From a virus (lineage: Duplodnaviria > Caudoviricetes): a stretch of DNA of 32,736 nucleotides. The notes under the pieces were generated by a model. That model was not told the DNA's origin, made no database searches, and saw only the letters and a program-made list of their open reading frames with translations. The number at the start of each line of letters is the position of its first letter. The first letter of the stretch is position 1. Both the position numbers and the translations under genes were made by a program. The DNA is taken from IMG/VR virus record IMGVR_UViG_3300046009_009505, positions 1 to 32,736 of that record; one strand, given 5' to 3'. Positions 5,969 to 15,769 of the stretch are shown here, piece by piece.

Positions 5969-8900
5969 CTACTTGCTCCAGTTGTCGATCGCCGTTTTGG
6001 TGTCGAAGATGTACTGAGATGGGATCCCTGCCGCGTCCAGCAGCTTCGAGGATTGCAGCAGTGCCCGCATGTACCGGTCGTTGGCGGTTACCGTGTCCTT
6101 GCGAACCTTTCGCGTTGGGGCTTCTGTGGCCTTGTACAACTCGTGCAACGCTCGGCCGCCATAGTTCACCAGATCCACCATCGGAACGTCCAGCAGGCTA
6201 TCGGTGCTCTCGGTTGCCAGGTACTTCTGAATCGCATTGACCCCCAAACCGCCGCCGGGGACCAGCGACACCGCCTCCTGAATGAACCGGTTCTGTGCCG
6301 ACGCCTTGGCCTTGTCGTACCCCTTGCCAAGCAACGCCGCCCAAGCCGCAGATACCAGCCCCGACATGGCGGAGCCAAACAACAGCACCAGCGCCGTCCG
6401 CGCGGCTTTCCCCCATGAGATTTCGCCCGCCGCCGCCCGCGCGTACGCCTGATAGATCATGTTCATGGCTTTGGCCGTGTCGCCGGTAAACGCCGTCATC
6501 ATGCCGATCAGCGTGTTCTCTCGGGCGTCCAGTTGAATGTCGTTGGCGTACTCGATGGTCGCCGTGTTGGCTGTCCGCTCGAACGCTCGCATCGCCCGGC
6601 GCGCCGCCCACTTCTTTCGCTTCAGTTCCGGCCAGTCCTTCGGGGCCTTCTCCAAAAGCACCCGGTACGCCACCACCGCGCCGTGAGCGTCAAAGTAGTT
6701 GCTCACCGTGATTGCATCGAGCGTCTTCCGCCACGAACGCCACGCGCCCGCCGCGGATGCCGTCGCCGCGTCCTTGTCCAGCGTTGCCACCGCCTTGGCA
6801 ATCCCCGCGAGGTTGCGAATCGTCGCCGTGCCAGCGTCCTTAAAAGCCGCGTCGGCGAAGTCATTGTTCAGGGTGTCGTAGAAGTTGCCCGCAGACCCGC
6901 CCGCCCACCGCTCACGCGCGGCCGGGGAATACTGCATCAGTTCCCGGTACGCCGCCACGCTCGGACGGAACGCCGTCGATGCAACGTCCTTCACGCCCAG
7001 TTCGTTGAGCATGCGCGACGCCGAGCCCACCGCGTTGCGGATCCAGGTGGGGAACCGCAGCTGAGTCTTTGCCCGTGCCCACATCGAGAGCATTTCACGC
7101 CACACCCGCCCGATGGGGCTGTAGGTCGTGCCGCCGCTCCACTCCGCGATTCGGCGCTTCAGCCGTTCGATCGTCTCGGCGCCGTACTTGGCCGTGATCC
7201 GCTGTACCGTCTCGGGGTGCAGCAGCGTCTGCATGAGCAGTTTGACCCGCTCCGCCTTGCCGATCGTCGTGGATGCCGACTTGCTCCGGGTCAGAATGTC
7301 CATGCCAAAGTCGCCAATCAGGATCGGCGTCTTGCTCGGGCCAAGCCGCTCCTGCATGTACCCGGCCTCTTCCATCGCCGCGATGTAGTTGCCACGCCAC
7401 GATGTGGGCGTGCCACGCATCTCCGAAAACTCACGGTTGAGCTTGATACCCCAGTATCCGGGCACCTTCTCAAGAAACACACCCTTCAACCGCTTGTTCA
7501 CGCTGCTCAACTTCTCGAAATAGTGCCGGTCGTATGCCGCCTTGAGTTCGTCCACCATGGCCCGCTGCGCCGGAGTCAACGCCTTGGCCACCGATGCCAG
7601 ATCGTCCTCGGTGATGCTGATCGGGTCGCTGGTCCGCTGCGTGCCGAACTGGATCTTCTGGCCCTTCTGGATGCGGGCAATGAACCCCGTGTCTTCCGAC
7701 GAGGCGTACAGGTACATCGCCTGCCCCAGCGTCATCGTCCGCACCTTGCCGCCGCTCTTCGCCTGGACGGTCTTTTGCAGGTTCTCGCCCAGCGAGCCCG
7801 ACACCTCGGCCAGCATCCGCGACGAGCTTTCGTACCCGTGCTTCTGAACGATTTCGCCCATCAGGTCGCGGAACTGGTGATCGAGCTCCAAAGCGTCGTT
7901 CCGCCCCTTCTCCACCTCGCCGAACAACCGACGGAACGGGCCCGCCCGCACGCCGCCGTCCAGCATCTGCATCATCGAATCCCAGTTCGTCCGCCGGCGG
8001 AGTTGGCGGAGCAACCAACCGGTTTCGACGGTCTTCGTGCCGCTTCTGGGCAAGTCGGGCTGTGACTCCAGCGAGGTAATCATGCCTTCGCGGATTTCCT
8101 TCGCCGCGACCAGTTCGCCCTTGATCCGCACCATGTCCAAGTTCTTCTGCTGGAACCGTGCCGACAGGATCGCCCGCGCCGCGTTCTCAATGTCATCGAG
8201 CAACACCCGCAGATCCGCCGCCGTGACGCGCTCGGTGCTCGCGTTCGCCGTACCGCCCGCCGCAGTCGTGAGACTCCCGCCGCTGCCGAGGGTCCGCAGC
8301 CGCCGCTTGAGGGTCTGCAACTGCCCCACCGCCGCGTTCAGCTGCTCCCGAAGTTCCGGCTCCAGTTCCATCCGCGTGGATGCCGTGCCCGCCGCCTTCT
8401 CGGCCTGGCGGATCTGCTGCTTGGCCATGTGTTCGAGCAAGTCACGCTCGAGCTTGCCCGCTTCGATGCCCAAGCGTGCCAGCGTCTTCACATCCCGAAC
8501 GGCCGTCAGGTACTTGCCCCGAAGCTCGCGCGGCATGTTCTCACGGATCAGCCGCACCAGTTCATCCCGGAGCCCCTGCTGCAATGCCGCCCGGTCCCGC
8601 TCGGCATCCCGAGCCGCGTCCACCTTGCCGCGCGTCTCGATCCGCCGCATGTCGGTCTGCCGCTTGCGCTCGGCCCTGATCTTCTCCCGCAGGGTGGCAA
8701 TCTTCGCCGCGGCCTCCGCCCGGCCCGCCTGCTTGGTCTGCCGGATCGCCGCGGCGACCGCCTTGGCCCCCTGCGTCTGCATCTTCGTCATCAACTTGCC
8801 GGTGGCCCGCAGCCGTTCCTTCATGGCCGCGCGGCCTGAAATCTGTGCGTCTGGTCCGTCTTTGGTCATCTCGGCTACGAGCTTCGCGCGAGCCTGCTTT

Positions 8901-11900
8901 GCCTCCCGGAACGCCGCTACCCGCTCACTCAGTTCCTTCATCGCCGCGGCATGGGCATCGGTCACCTTGGCCGGGTCGTTGCCTGCGTCCTTCAGGAGTG
9001 CCCGAGCGGCGCGCATGATTCCCGCTCGCTCACCCTTCATCCACGGTTGGCGGGCGATTACCTCATCGACCATCTTCCCGAGCCGCACCTTGCCGACCTT
9101 GCCGCCGCTCTGGATCTGCTTGGCCGCCTTGTACGCTGCCGCGACCGCCGCCGTGAGAATCACCCGCTGGCGTGATGCCTTGACCGACGCGGGCCGCTGG
9201 TCGGCCTTGGCGGGCTTGGGTGCCTTCTCGGGCTTCGGGGTGGCTCGCACCTTGTCCGCCTGTGCCCGCAGTTCTGCCGCCTGCTGGCGTGCCGCCTCCG
9301 CCGCCTTGTACCGGCCTTCGGGGTCCGTGCCCGCCGCCGCGGTCGATTCCTCGCCCTTGGCAAGCCGCTCCAGCCGGGCCGCTTGTGCGTCCAGGTGTTC
9401 GGCTTCCACATCGCGGGCCGCGCGGGTCAGGGCTTCTTCCGTCGGTTCCTTGCCCGCCGCCTCGATGATCTGGTTGGTGATTGCTTCCGCCGCCTTACGA
9501 GCACGGAGGGGCACCGGGCCGACCTTGCCCGCGATCTGGAGCACCGCCTGCGCGACCTTCACGCCGCTACGGACGACGAGAGCCGCCGCCCAGCGTCCGA
9601 TCTGGTACGCATTCTCGGCTTGGTCGATGGGGTCGATGCCGCTGCTCATCTTGCCCTTGTTCATTGCGGCCTTGGTGCGGAGTTTGGCGCGGGCGTCCTT
9701 TTCGGTGGCGTCGGCCCATGCGGCGATCTTCTCCGTCACGGTTCCGCTCACGCCCTCGACCTTGGCGGATTCCATCGGGGCCACGCGGCGTCGAATCGCC
9801 TCTTCGATCATGGGCATGAGCTTGGCAAACTCCGCCTTGCTCCACCACGCGGGCGCGGATTCGTAGTACGCCGCCGTTTCGTGCGACGCGCCCGACTTCC
9901 CCCGCTTGGTCGCCACATACTGCTCGAACAGACGCGCCCAGATTTCGCGGGGCTCTCGCCAGTACGAAGTCAGCTTGAACTGCTGCGCCTTCAACTGGTT
10001 CTTTTCGTCCGCGTCCTCGATCTTGGAAGCGTTCTTCTTGGCAATCTTCGAGGCCATCCACGGATCGCTCATTGTTTGAGCGGCCTTTGCCATCAGTTCC
10101 TTGTCGGGCTTCAACTCTTCTGCGATGCTGTAGTTGCGGGAGTTCTCCGACAGCGAGCTGATCTTGCCGCCGCCCAGTACCTTGCCCTGACGATTGCGGG
10201 CGGTTGCCTCCACACCGAGAGCCTTGCCGCCCTCGTAGTCCATCCAGTGGCCCATCTCGTGAGCCAACGCCTTGGTTTCAAACGGGCCGATGACGGTGCC
10301 GTATGACACGGACCTGTCCGTGGGGTGGTACAGGCCGGACGCATTGCCCTCCATGAATGGGTACTTGCCGCGCGTGTGAACGATGGTCAGGCCAGTGTGC
10401 CGCATCACGTCCGCGAGCGGCCCAACTGCCTCTTCGATTTCCGCAACGGCGGCACCCATCGCCTTCACTTCTTCCGGGGTGATCGTTGTGCCATCCTGCC
10501 GCTTGACCTTCACGCCACGCTCTTTCAGCATGGTGGTATCGACCGCAGCGGTGATGTTGCCGAAGCTGGTGTTGCGCCCCTTGTCGTACCTGGCCCGTGC
10601 TGTAACCGCCTTCTTGAACTCGGGGTTTGCGTCCACGATTGCAGCCGGAACCTTCTCGCCAGTGCTGATTGCCTTCTTGACGGTGGCGACGTACTGCTGC
10701 CGAATGTCGTCCCACTGCGACGAATCCAGATCGCTCTCGTGCTTCTTCATCGACTCGTAGCGGGCTTCCCACACGGGGATAGACACCTCCAACTGCCGAC
10801 GACGCTTCGAGGGAATCCGGGTCTTCAGTTCTTCCTTGCCGCGTTCGATGGCCTTGTAATACTGAAGCAGCAAGCTCTTGATGCCGCTCCGCATGAACTC
10901 GGGCTGCGTCTTCTCCCAAGCCTTCTTCGGTGCTGGCGGAGTGTCGGACGGTGCCGCCGCTTCCACCTTCGCCGCCTCCGCGCCGGTCGCGGGTGCGGCC
11001 TCATCCGCACGGCTCAGCATCGCGTCATCCGCCGAATACAGCCCCTTGGTGTTGTCGCGGCTCTTTGGTCCGCTCAAGGTGTAGTTTCGCAGGTACGGCG
11101 GTTCTGTTTCCGTCGAACCAGAATCGACGCCTTCAAACGCCGCGTTCAACTTCGCCGACCGAATCCGCTCCGCCTCCACCTCGTTCCGCGTTGCCCGAGT
11201 CTGCACCTCGGTGACAGTGAACACCTCCGCACCGTTCCGAATGCGAACCTTGTCGCCGACCTTGAACCGCTCGATGGGGTTGCGCTGTGTGTCTCCGGGT
11301 GTGGCCTCTGCCTTCTTCGGCTTGGCTGATTCGATTCGCTGCTTGCCCGCCTTCGTCTTGGTGTACGCCCCGGTTCGACCGCTCGCGGGTTCAAGCCAGC
11401 CGCGCTTGATCGCCGCCGCCCGGATCGCGTCGAGTGCCGACTGGGCCGTGCCGTCGTTGGATTTACCGCCGTCCTTTGAGTTGGTGTCCCAACCCTTGGG
11501 GTCGGTGATCTTCCACACGACGTATTTGTTGGCGTACATGCCCATCTCGTATCGCTCGACCGTCAGGCCCCATTCCGCAGCCGCCGCGGTCACGGTCGCC
11601 GGCACCGGCTTGGCCATCTCGGCATCGACGGCCTTGCGTGCCGCTTCGCTCTCGGCCTCCTGCTTGGCCGCGCGTACACGCTCCGCTTCGGCACGTTCGC
11701 GGGCCTTGCCGCCTTTGAGCAGCCGGTGGGGTGTGGCTGTCACCGCATTCTTTGCTCCATCGGGGATGATGTAGACGTAGCCGCCCGGCAGGCCCGTCTT
11801 GGTCACTTCGCCCGAGAACATGCCGCCGCCTGGCGTCAATGCCTCGATGTGATCGCCCTCGTACATCTCGCCATCGTCGGGTGTGGCCGTACTCTTGGGG

Positions 11901-14900
11901 GATGGAGCCGGTGTCTCTGGCCCCATGTCGATCGCACTGGCCAGAATGCCCTTAGCCCCGGCGTAGAAGTTGCCCTTTGCGGCAGTCTGTCCGCCCTTGC
12001 TTGGCTTTGACAACTTCGGGTAATCCTTGAGTACCCGCTCGTCCACCTCTTCGCCGCGAGCAATCGCACCGCGCACCGCGTCCTCGTGGAAGTTCTCGTA
12101 ATCCGCGTTTGGGCTTGCCGCAGTGCCTGAGTTTTCATTCTGGCCGAGATACCGCCGATTGGCCCGCTGCATGGCCACCCATTCGGCCCGCGTCACTTCG
12201 TCCGGCGCGTACCCCTTGGCCTCAAACTCATCGAGGTTCATGCTTCCGGCAATAGTGTCGGTCTGTTCGTTCTTGCGTGCGCCGGACTTCACAGCCTCCG
12301 CGTTCTTTGTGGCGGAATCCTTCGCCCTCTTCGCCGCCACCATCTCACGCAGCTTCTTGACCGTCCCAACGATTCCGCCCACCCGCTTTACCATCTTCTC
12401 GTTGGTAGTGTGGTAATCTGCTGTTCTCGGGTCCGCGTTCGCCTCGCGCACCACCAACACCGGGCTGGTAGTCTGCACTTCCCATTCCTTGGTTCCGAAC
12501 TCGCCGTCGCTGGCAAACTTGACCAGAACACGGTCGCCCTTTGCAAGCGGCTTGTTCTTCTTCTCGCCCAACTCGGCCAGCAACGCGGCCCGGTCCATGC
12601 TGGCCACGGGGGTCAGTTCACTCTTGGGTGTGCGCACCCGTTCAAGTGTGTTTCTTTCACCAACCCGGTATCCTGGCCAAATGTGAACCGCGCCGCCCAG
12701 CAGTCGATCCCACGCAAAGACCTGCGGATTGGTCAGCGATTCATTCTCGCCGTCAATCTGCGGAGCCTCAATTACTGCCTGTCCCAGCACCTTGTCCGCG
12801 TCATCGACAATCTGCACAACGCTATGAACCCGCCCTGTTTCATTGGCCAGTTTCGCAGCCAGTTCCAATGGCTGGCGTGTCTGCTGTGCCGAAAACGGAA
12901 CTCCGGTTTTTGTTCCGGCTGTCCTCGGTGGCGCCTTCCCGCCATTCACCCATTGAATCATCAAGCCGCGCAACTGCTGCTTCATGTCGCCAGCGTTCTC
13001 GAACATCTGCAAATGCGGGCGCACTCGCTCCGAAATGATTGCCATTCCCTTCCGGGAATCGGTGGCAGCAGATCCTTCGAGGGCCGGTTCACTCTTAGGT
13101 GAACTATCCGGTTTTGCCGGAGGGTTCGCAAGGTCGGGGTAGTCGGCGAGGACGGACGCGGGGACGGGCTTGCCTTCGGAGAGGGCACGGCCAACCGATA
13201 CGCTGTGTGCGTACGCGCTGTAGTTCCGCGACAACTCCCGAGCCTTGGCGTCCGCATCCACCGCCGCAGAGGCGCGACGATCTTGCAGCGTTGGCACCGT
13301 CAGCACCACGCCGTTCGGCGTCGATCGCACCAAGTTCCCAGCGGCTTTCATTGCCGCGTCACGGGCCTTGTTTGCAGCGGCCACCTGCTTGGCACCGTCC
13401 GCACTGAACTCCGCCCGCGTCATCTCCCAAGGCTCTCTCGTGCCGCCCCCACTCTCCCGCTCGGACGACTGAGCCCCAATCACGGGGGCCGATGTGCTGG
13501 TCTGTGCAGCTACGGGGGTGGGGGTGGGGGTCTTTGTGGCCGGGGCGTCAGTGATGAACACCTCCGACAGTGATCCGCCGCGAACCACCGTTCGGACTCG
13601 CACGCCGTTGCGAACGCTGACGGCCTTGTAGTCGTTGGGGGTCTTGGCCCATTCCGCTTTCGTCATCCGCACCGCGCCCGTCGCGTCGATGTTCACCAGC
13701 GGCGCAGCCTTGCGTTCGTCGCTCTCCCGCTTCCTGCTCGCCTCGATGGCCTTCTCGCGGGTGTCCTTGCGTGCCTGCTCCTTGGCAATCTGAACGGGGT
13801 CGTTCCGGTCGGCCTTGGCTCGCAGGTCCGATGCACGGGCCTTGAGTTCCTTGGCCTTGCGAATGTCGTTCAGTGAACCTTCGATGGCTTGATTGGTCTT
13901 CTTTTGCAGCCCAGAACGAACGCGACCACTCCCGCCAGTGACCGCAGCACCGGGGGCATTGTCAAACCGTCGGCTCGCCTTGTTGGAAAGTGCGTCGGCC
14001 CGTGCGTCCAGTTCCGCCGCCTGTGCCCGCAGGCTTTCGGCGTAGGTCGCTGGCTTCGCCACCTTCTTCCCGGCGTCGGGAACTTCGGGGGTGACTTCGG
14101 GGGTGACTTCGGGGGCATACGCCTCCCCAATCGCATCCGCCGCGGCACGATCCAACGGGGCCACCTGCCGCCCAATCGTCGCGTCCTGCTCGGCCTGCAT
14201 CTGCCGCGCCTGCGAGGATGCACGCGAAGCCTGACGCCGCGCGAGCATCTTCCGGCGAAGGTTGGACATGCCGTCGGGGGACAATTGGCGACCACGGCTC
14301 ACCGCTTCCGGTTCTTCCATCGTGGCAAGATCGGGGGCCGCTTCTTCAACTCCGGGCACTGGTGGGGCTACCTGTCCCGTCGCACCAGGCATAACCGCCG
14401 CGTCCGCCTTCTCCGCCGCAACCTGCTCCGGGCCGCTCAGTTCGTCCCAAAGACGCTCGATGTACGCATTGGCCGCGTCATCGTCCCGCGTGGCCTGCTG
14501 ATTCCAGTCGGCCCGCAGATCGTCCAGCAAAGGCGCGGACGGGTCGGGACCATCGGGCACCGTTGGCGCCTGCGCTGGCGGCGTGGGCCGCTGCTGTACC
14601 TTCCGCCTCTGGCCGTAGGCATCCGTCGCCACCGCAACGCCACCGCCTGCTCCACCCATCAGACCGCCGACGACAGCCTCCGCAGCCTTGCCGGTTGCGT
14701 ACTGGCCCACCGCATCATCGGGCAACTGGCCGCGAATCGGCTGGGCCGCGAGTCCGCCAACGTCCTGAATCACGCTCTGGCTCGGTTCGGTCAAGCCCTC
14801 TTCCAGCATCGACCGCCCGACCGTTCCGACGCCGCGGCGAATCGTGCCGCCCAGCGTGTTGGTGCCCACCTTGGCAACCGCACCTTCGGCACCCGTCAGC

Positions 14901-15766
14901 GAATCGAGCAACGCCGCCGGCACTGCTGCCGTGCCCGAGACACCGAACGCACGGGCCAACGCTTCCCGCTGATCCATCGCCGGGTTCGCTTCCATGATTC
15001 GGTTGGCCGTTTCCGCCATGCCGCTGGCCCATTGGCTGAGCATGTTCGGAGCAAACGCACCCGCCGCGGCACCTGCAGGTCCACCGATTGCACCGCCGAC
15101 CAATCCGCCGCCCATGCTCGCGCCCATGTCGATCATCGTGCCGCCTGCCGCTCGGGCGATGCCTGCCCCGGAGAATGGGGACGGAGTGCCGCCCATCGCT
15201 GCGTCATACGCCGCCACTGGTGCGTTGCCGATGGTCCGCAGAACGTCCGCCCGCTCGCCGAGAGCACCGGACACCGCGTTGAGCATGGGGGAACGCGGGG
15301 GTGCCGCCAACGAGTCCACCGCTTGGTTCGCCAGATTGCCGCCCGCACCCTGCAGGCCCGGCGACACCATGTCGAGCGTGTTGCCGACTGCAGGCAGCAC
15401 CGCAGCTGCAGGATCGTTCGACGCCTCGAAGCCGCCGCGTACCAGGGTGAGCACATCCGCCGCCGCAATCGGGATCCGCTGGGCGAGGCCAATGCCGAAG
15501 TTCTCGAGCATCCCCTGCCGCGGGCCCGGAGCCTGCACGGCGGGACGATCAAACGCGCCGGCCCCTGTCGGCTGCTGGTATCCACTCACGGATCCGGCGA
15601 GCATTCCGGGCGATTGGGCGGTCTGGGCGGTCGATGCAGCCATCGCCGCACGCCGCGCCTCGATCCGTGAACGCAGCGACGGCGCTGGGGCCGCAGTCTG
15701 TGCCATCGCCGCGCGGCGTGCTTCGATGCGGTCACGCAGGGTCTGGGTCGTTCCTACTTGGCTCAT
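5969..15766 (-). CDS. Giant DNA-ejection / large polyvalent virion protein (3265 aa)
   Basis: Last of three ejection-type genes; Gly/Ala-rich hydrophobic N-terminal segments; zincin ALAHEMGHWMD (~10247-10261) followed by LPD1-like YWREPREIWARLFEQYV; three KOW/SH3-like segments; helical C-terminal third. Confidence 0.8.
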   Translation of the reverse strand: MSQVGTTQTLRDRIEARRAAMAQTAAPAPSLRSRIEARRAAMAASTAQTAQSPGMLAGSVSGYQQPTGAGAFDRPAVQAPGPRQGMLENFGIGLAQRIPIAAADVLTLVRGGFEASNDPAAAVLPAVGNTLDMVSPGLQGAGGNLANQAVDSLAAPPRSPMLNAVSGALGERADVLRTIGNAPVAAYDAAMGGTPSPFSGAGIARAAGGTMIDMGASMGGGLVGGAIGGPAGAAAGAFAPNMLSQWASGMAETANRIMEANPAMDQREALARAFGVSGTAAVPAALLDSLTGAEGAVAKVGTNTLGGTIRRGVGTVGRSMLEEGLTEPSQSVIQDVGGLAAQPIRGQLPDDAVGQYATGKAAEAVVGGLMGGAGGGVAVATDAYGQRRKVQQRPTPPAQAPTVPDGPDPSAPLLDDLRADWNQQATRDDDAANAYIERLWDELSGPEQVAAEKADAAVMPGATGQVAPPVPGVEEAAPDLATMEEPEAVSRGRQLSPDGMSNLRRKMLARRQASRASSQARQMQAEQDATIGRQVAPLDRAAADAIGEAYAPEVTPEVTPEVPDAGKKVAKPATYAESLRAQAAELDARADALSNKASRRFDNAPGAAVTGGSGRVRSGLQKKTNQAIEGSLNDIRKAKELKARASDLRAKADRNDPVQIAKEQARKDTREKAIEASRKRESDERKAAPLVNIDATGAVRMTKAEWAKTPNDYKAVSVRNGVRVRTVVRGGSLSEVFITDAPATKTPTPTPVAAQTSTSAPVIGAQSSERESGGGTREPWEMTRAEFSADGAKQVAAANKARDAAMKAAGNLVRSTPNGVVLTVPTLQDRRASAAVDADAKARELSRNYSAYAHSVSVGRALSEGKPVPASVLADYPDLANPPAKPDSSPKSEPALEGSAATDSRKGMAIISERVRPHLQMFENAGDMKQQLRGLMIQWVNGGKAPPRTAGTKTGVPFSAQQTRQPLELAAKLANETGRVHSVVQIVDDADKVLGQAVIEAPQIDGENESLTNPQVFAWDRLLGGAVHIWPGYRVGERNTLERVRTPKSELTPVASMDRAALLAELGEKKNKPLAKGDRVLVKFASDGEFGTKEWEVQTTSPVLVVREANADPRTADYHTTNEKMVKRVGGIVGTVKKLREMVAAKRAKDSATKNAEAVKSGARKNEQTDTIAGSMNLDEFEAKGYAPDEVTRAEWVAMQRANRRYLGQNENSGTAASPNADYENFHEDAVRGAIARGEEVDERVLKDYPKLSKPSKGGQTAAKGNFYAGAKGILASAIDMGPETPAPSPKSTATPDDGEMYEGDHIEALTPGGGMFSGEVTKTGLPGGYVYIIPDGAKNAVTATPHRLLKGGKARERAEAERVRAAKQEAESEAARKAVDAEMAKPVPATVTAAAAEWGLTVERYEMGMYANKYVVWKITDPKGWDTNSKDGGKSNDGTAQSALDAIRAAAIKRGWLEPASGRTGAYTKTKAGKQRIESAKPKKAEATPGDTQRNPIERFKVGDKVRIRNGAEVFTVTEVQTRATRNEVEAERIRSAKLNAAFEGVDSGSTETEPPYLRNYTLSGPKSRDNTKGLYSADDAMLSRADEAAPATGAEAAKVEAAAPSDTPPAPKKAWEKTQPEFMRSGIKSLLLQYYKAIERGKEELKTRIPSKRRRQLEVSIPVWEARYESMKKHESDLDSSQWDDIRQQYVATVKKAISTGEKVPAAIVDANPEFKKAVTARARYDKGRNTSFGNITAAVDTTMLKERGVKVKRQDGTTITPEEVKAMGAAVAEIEEAVGPLADVMRHTGLTIVHTRGKYPFMEGNASGLYHPTDRSVSYGTVIGPFETKALAHEMGHWMDYEGGKALGVEATARNRQGKVLGGGKISSLSENSRNYSIAEELKPDKELMAKAAQTMSDPWMASKIAKKNASKIEDADEKNQLKAQQFKLTSYWREPREIWARLFEQYVATKRGKSGASHETAAYYESAPAWWSKAEFAKLMPMIEEAIRRRVAPMESAKVEGVSGTVTEKIAAWADATEKDARAKLRTKAAMNKGKMSSGIDPIDQAENAYQIGRWAAALVVRSGVKVAQAVLQIAGKVGPVPLRARKAAEAITNQIIEAAGKEPTEEALTRAARDVEAEHLDAQAARLERLAKGEESTAAAGTDPEGRYKAAEAARQQAAELRAQADKVRATPKPEKAPKPAKADQRPASVKASRQRVILTAAVAAAYKAAKQIQSGGKVGKVRLGKMVDEVIARQPWMKGERAGIMRAARALLKDAGNDPAKVTDAHAAAMKELSERVAAFREAKQARAKLVAEMTKDGPDAQISGRAAMKERLRATGKLMTKMQTQGAKAVAAAIRQTKQAGRAEAAAKIATLREKIRAERKRQTDMRRIETRGKVDAARDAERDRAALQQGLRDELVRLIRENMPRELRGKYLTAVRDVKTLARLGIEAGKLERDLLEHMAKQQIRQAEKAAGTASTRMELEPELREQLNAAVGQLQTLKRRLRTLGSGGSLTTAAGGTANASTERVTAADLRVLLDDIENAARAILSARFQQKNLDMVRIKGELVAAKEIREGMITSLESQPDLPRSGTKTVETGWLLRQLRRRTNWDSMMQMLDGGVRAGPFRRLFGEVEKGRNDALELDHQFRDLMGEIVQKHGYESSSRMLAEVSGSLGENLQKTVQAKSGGKVRTMTLGQAMYLYASSEDTGFIARIQKGQKIQFGTQRTSDPISITEDDLASVAKALTPAQRAMVDELKAAYDRHYFEKLSSVNKRLKGVFLEKVPGYWGIKLNREFSEMRGTPTSWRGNYIAAMEEAGYMQERLGPSKTPILIGDFGMDILTRSKSASTTIGKAERVKLLMQTLLHPETVQRITAKYGAETIERLKRRIAEWSGGTTYSPIGRVWREMLSMWARAKTQLRFPTWIRNAVGSASRMLNELGVKDVASTAFRPSVAAYRELMQYSPAARERWAGGSAGNFYDTLNNDFADAAFKDAGTATIRNLAGIAKAVATLDKDAATASAAGAWRSWRKTLDAITVSNYFDAHGAVVAYRVLLEKAPKDWPELKRKKWAARRAMRAFERTANTATIEYANDIQLDARENTLIGMMTAFTGDTAKAMNMIYQAYARAAAGEISWGKAARTALVLLFGSAMSGLVSAAWAALLGKGYDKAKASAQNRFIQEAVSLVPGGGLGVNAIQKYLATESTDSLLDVPMVDLVNYGGRALHELYKATEAPTRKVRKDTVTANDRYMRALLQSSKLLDAAGIPSQYIFDTKTAIDNWSK
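14082..14115. repeat. 12-bp tandem repeat ACTTCGGGGGTG (~2.8 copies) encoding PEVT repeats
   Basis: Read directly; in-frame low-complexity linker. Confidence 0.9.
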
Positions 15767-15769
15767 GTA

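Noticed and set aside
14082-14115. Tandem repeat as CRISPR or contingency locus
   Set aside because: No spacers; 12-bp in-frame unit encoding a linker; no CRISPR array seen anywhere in the window
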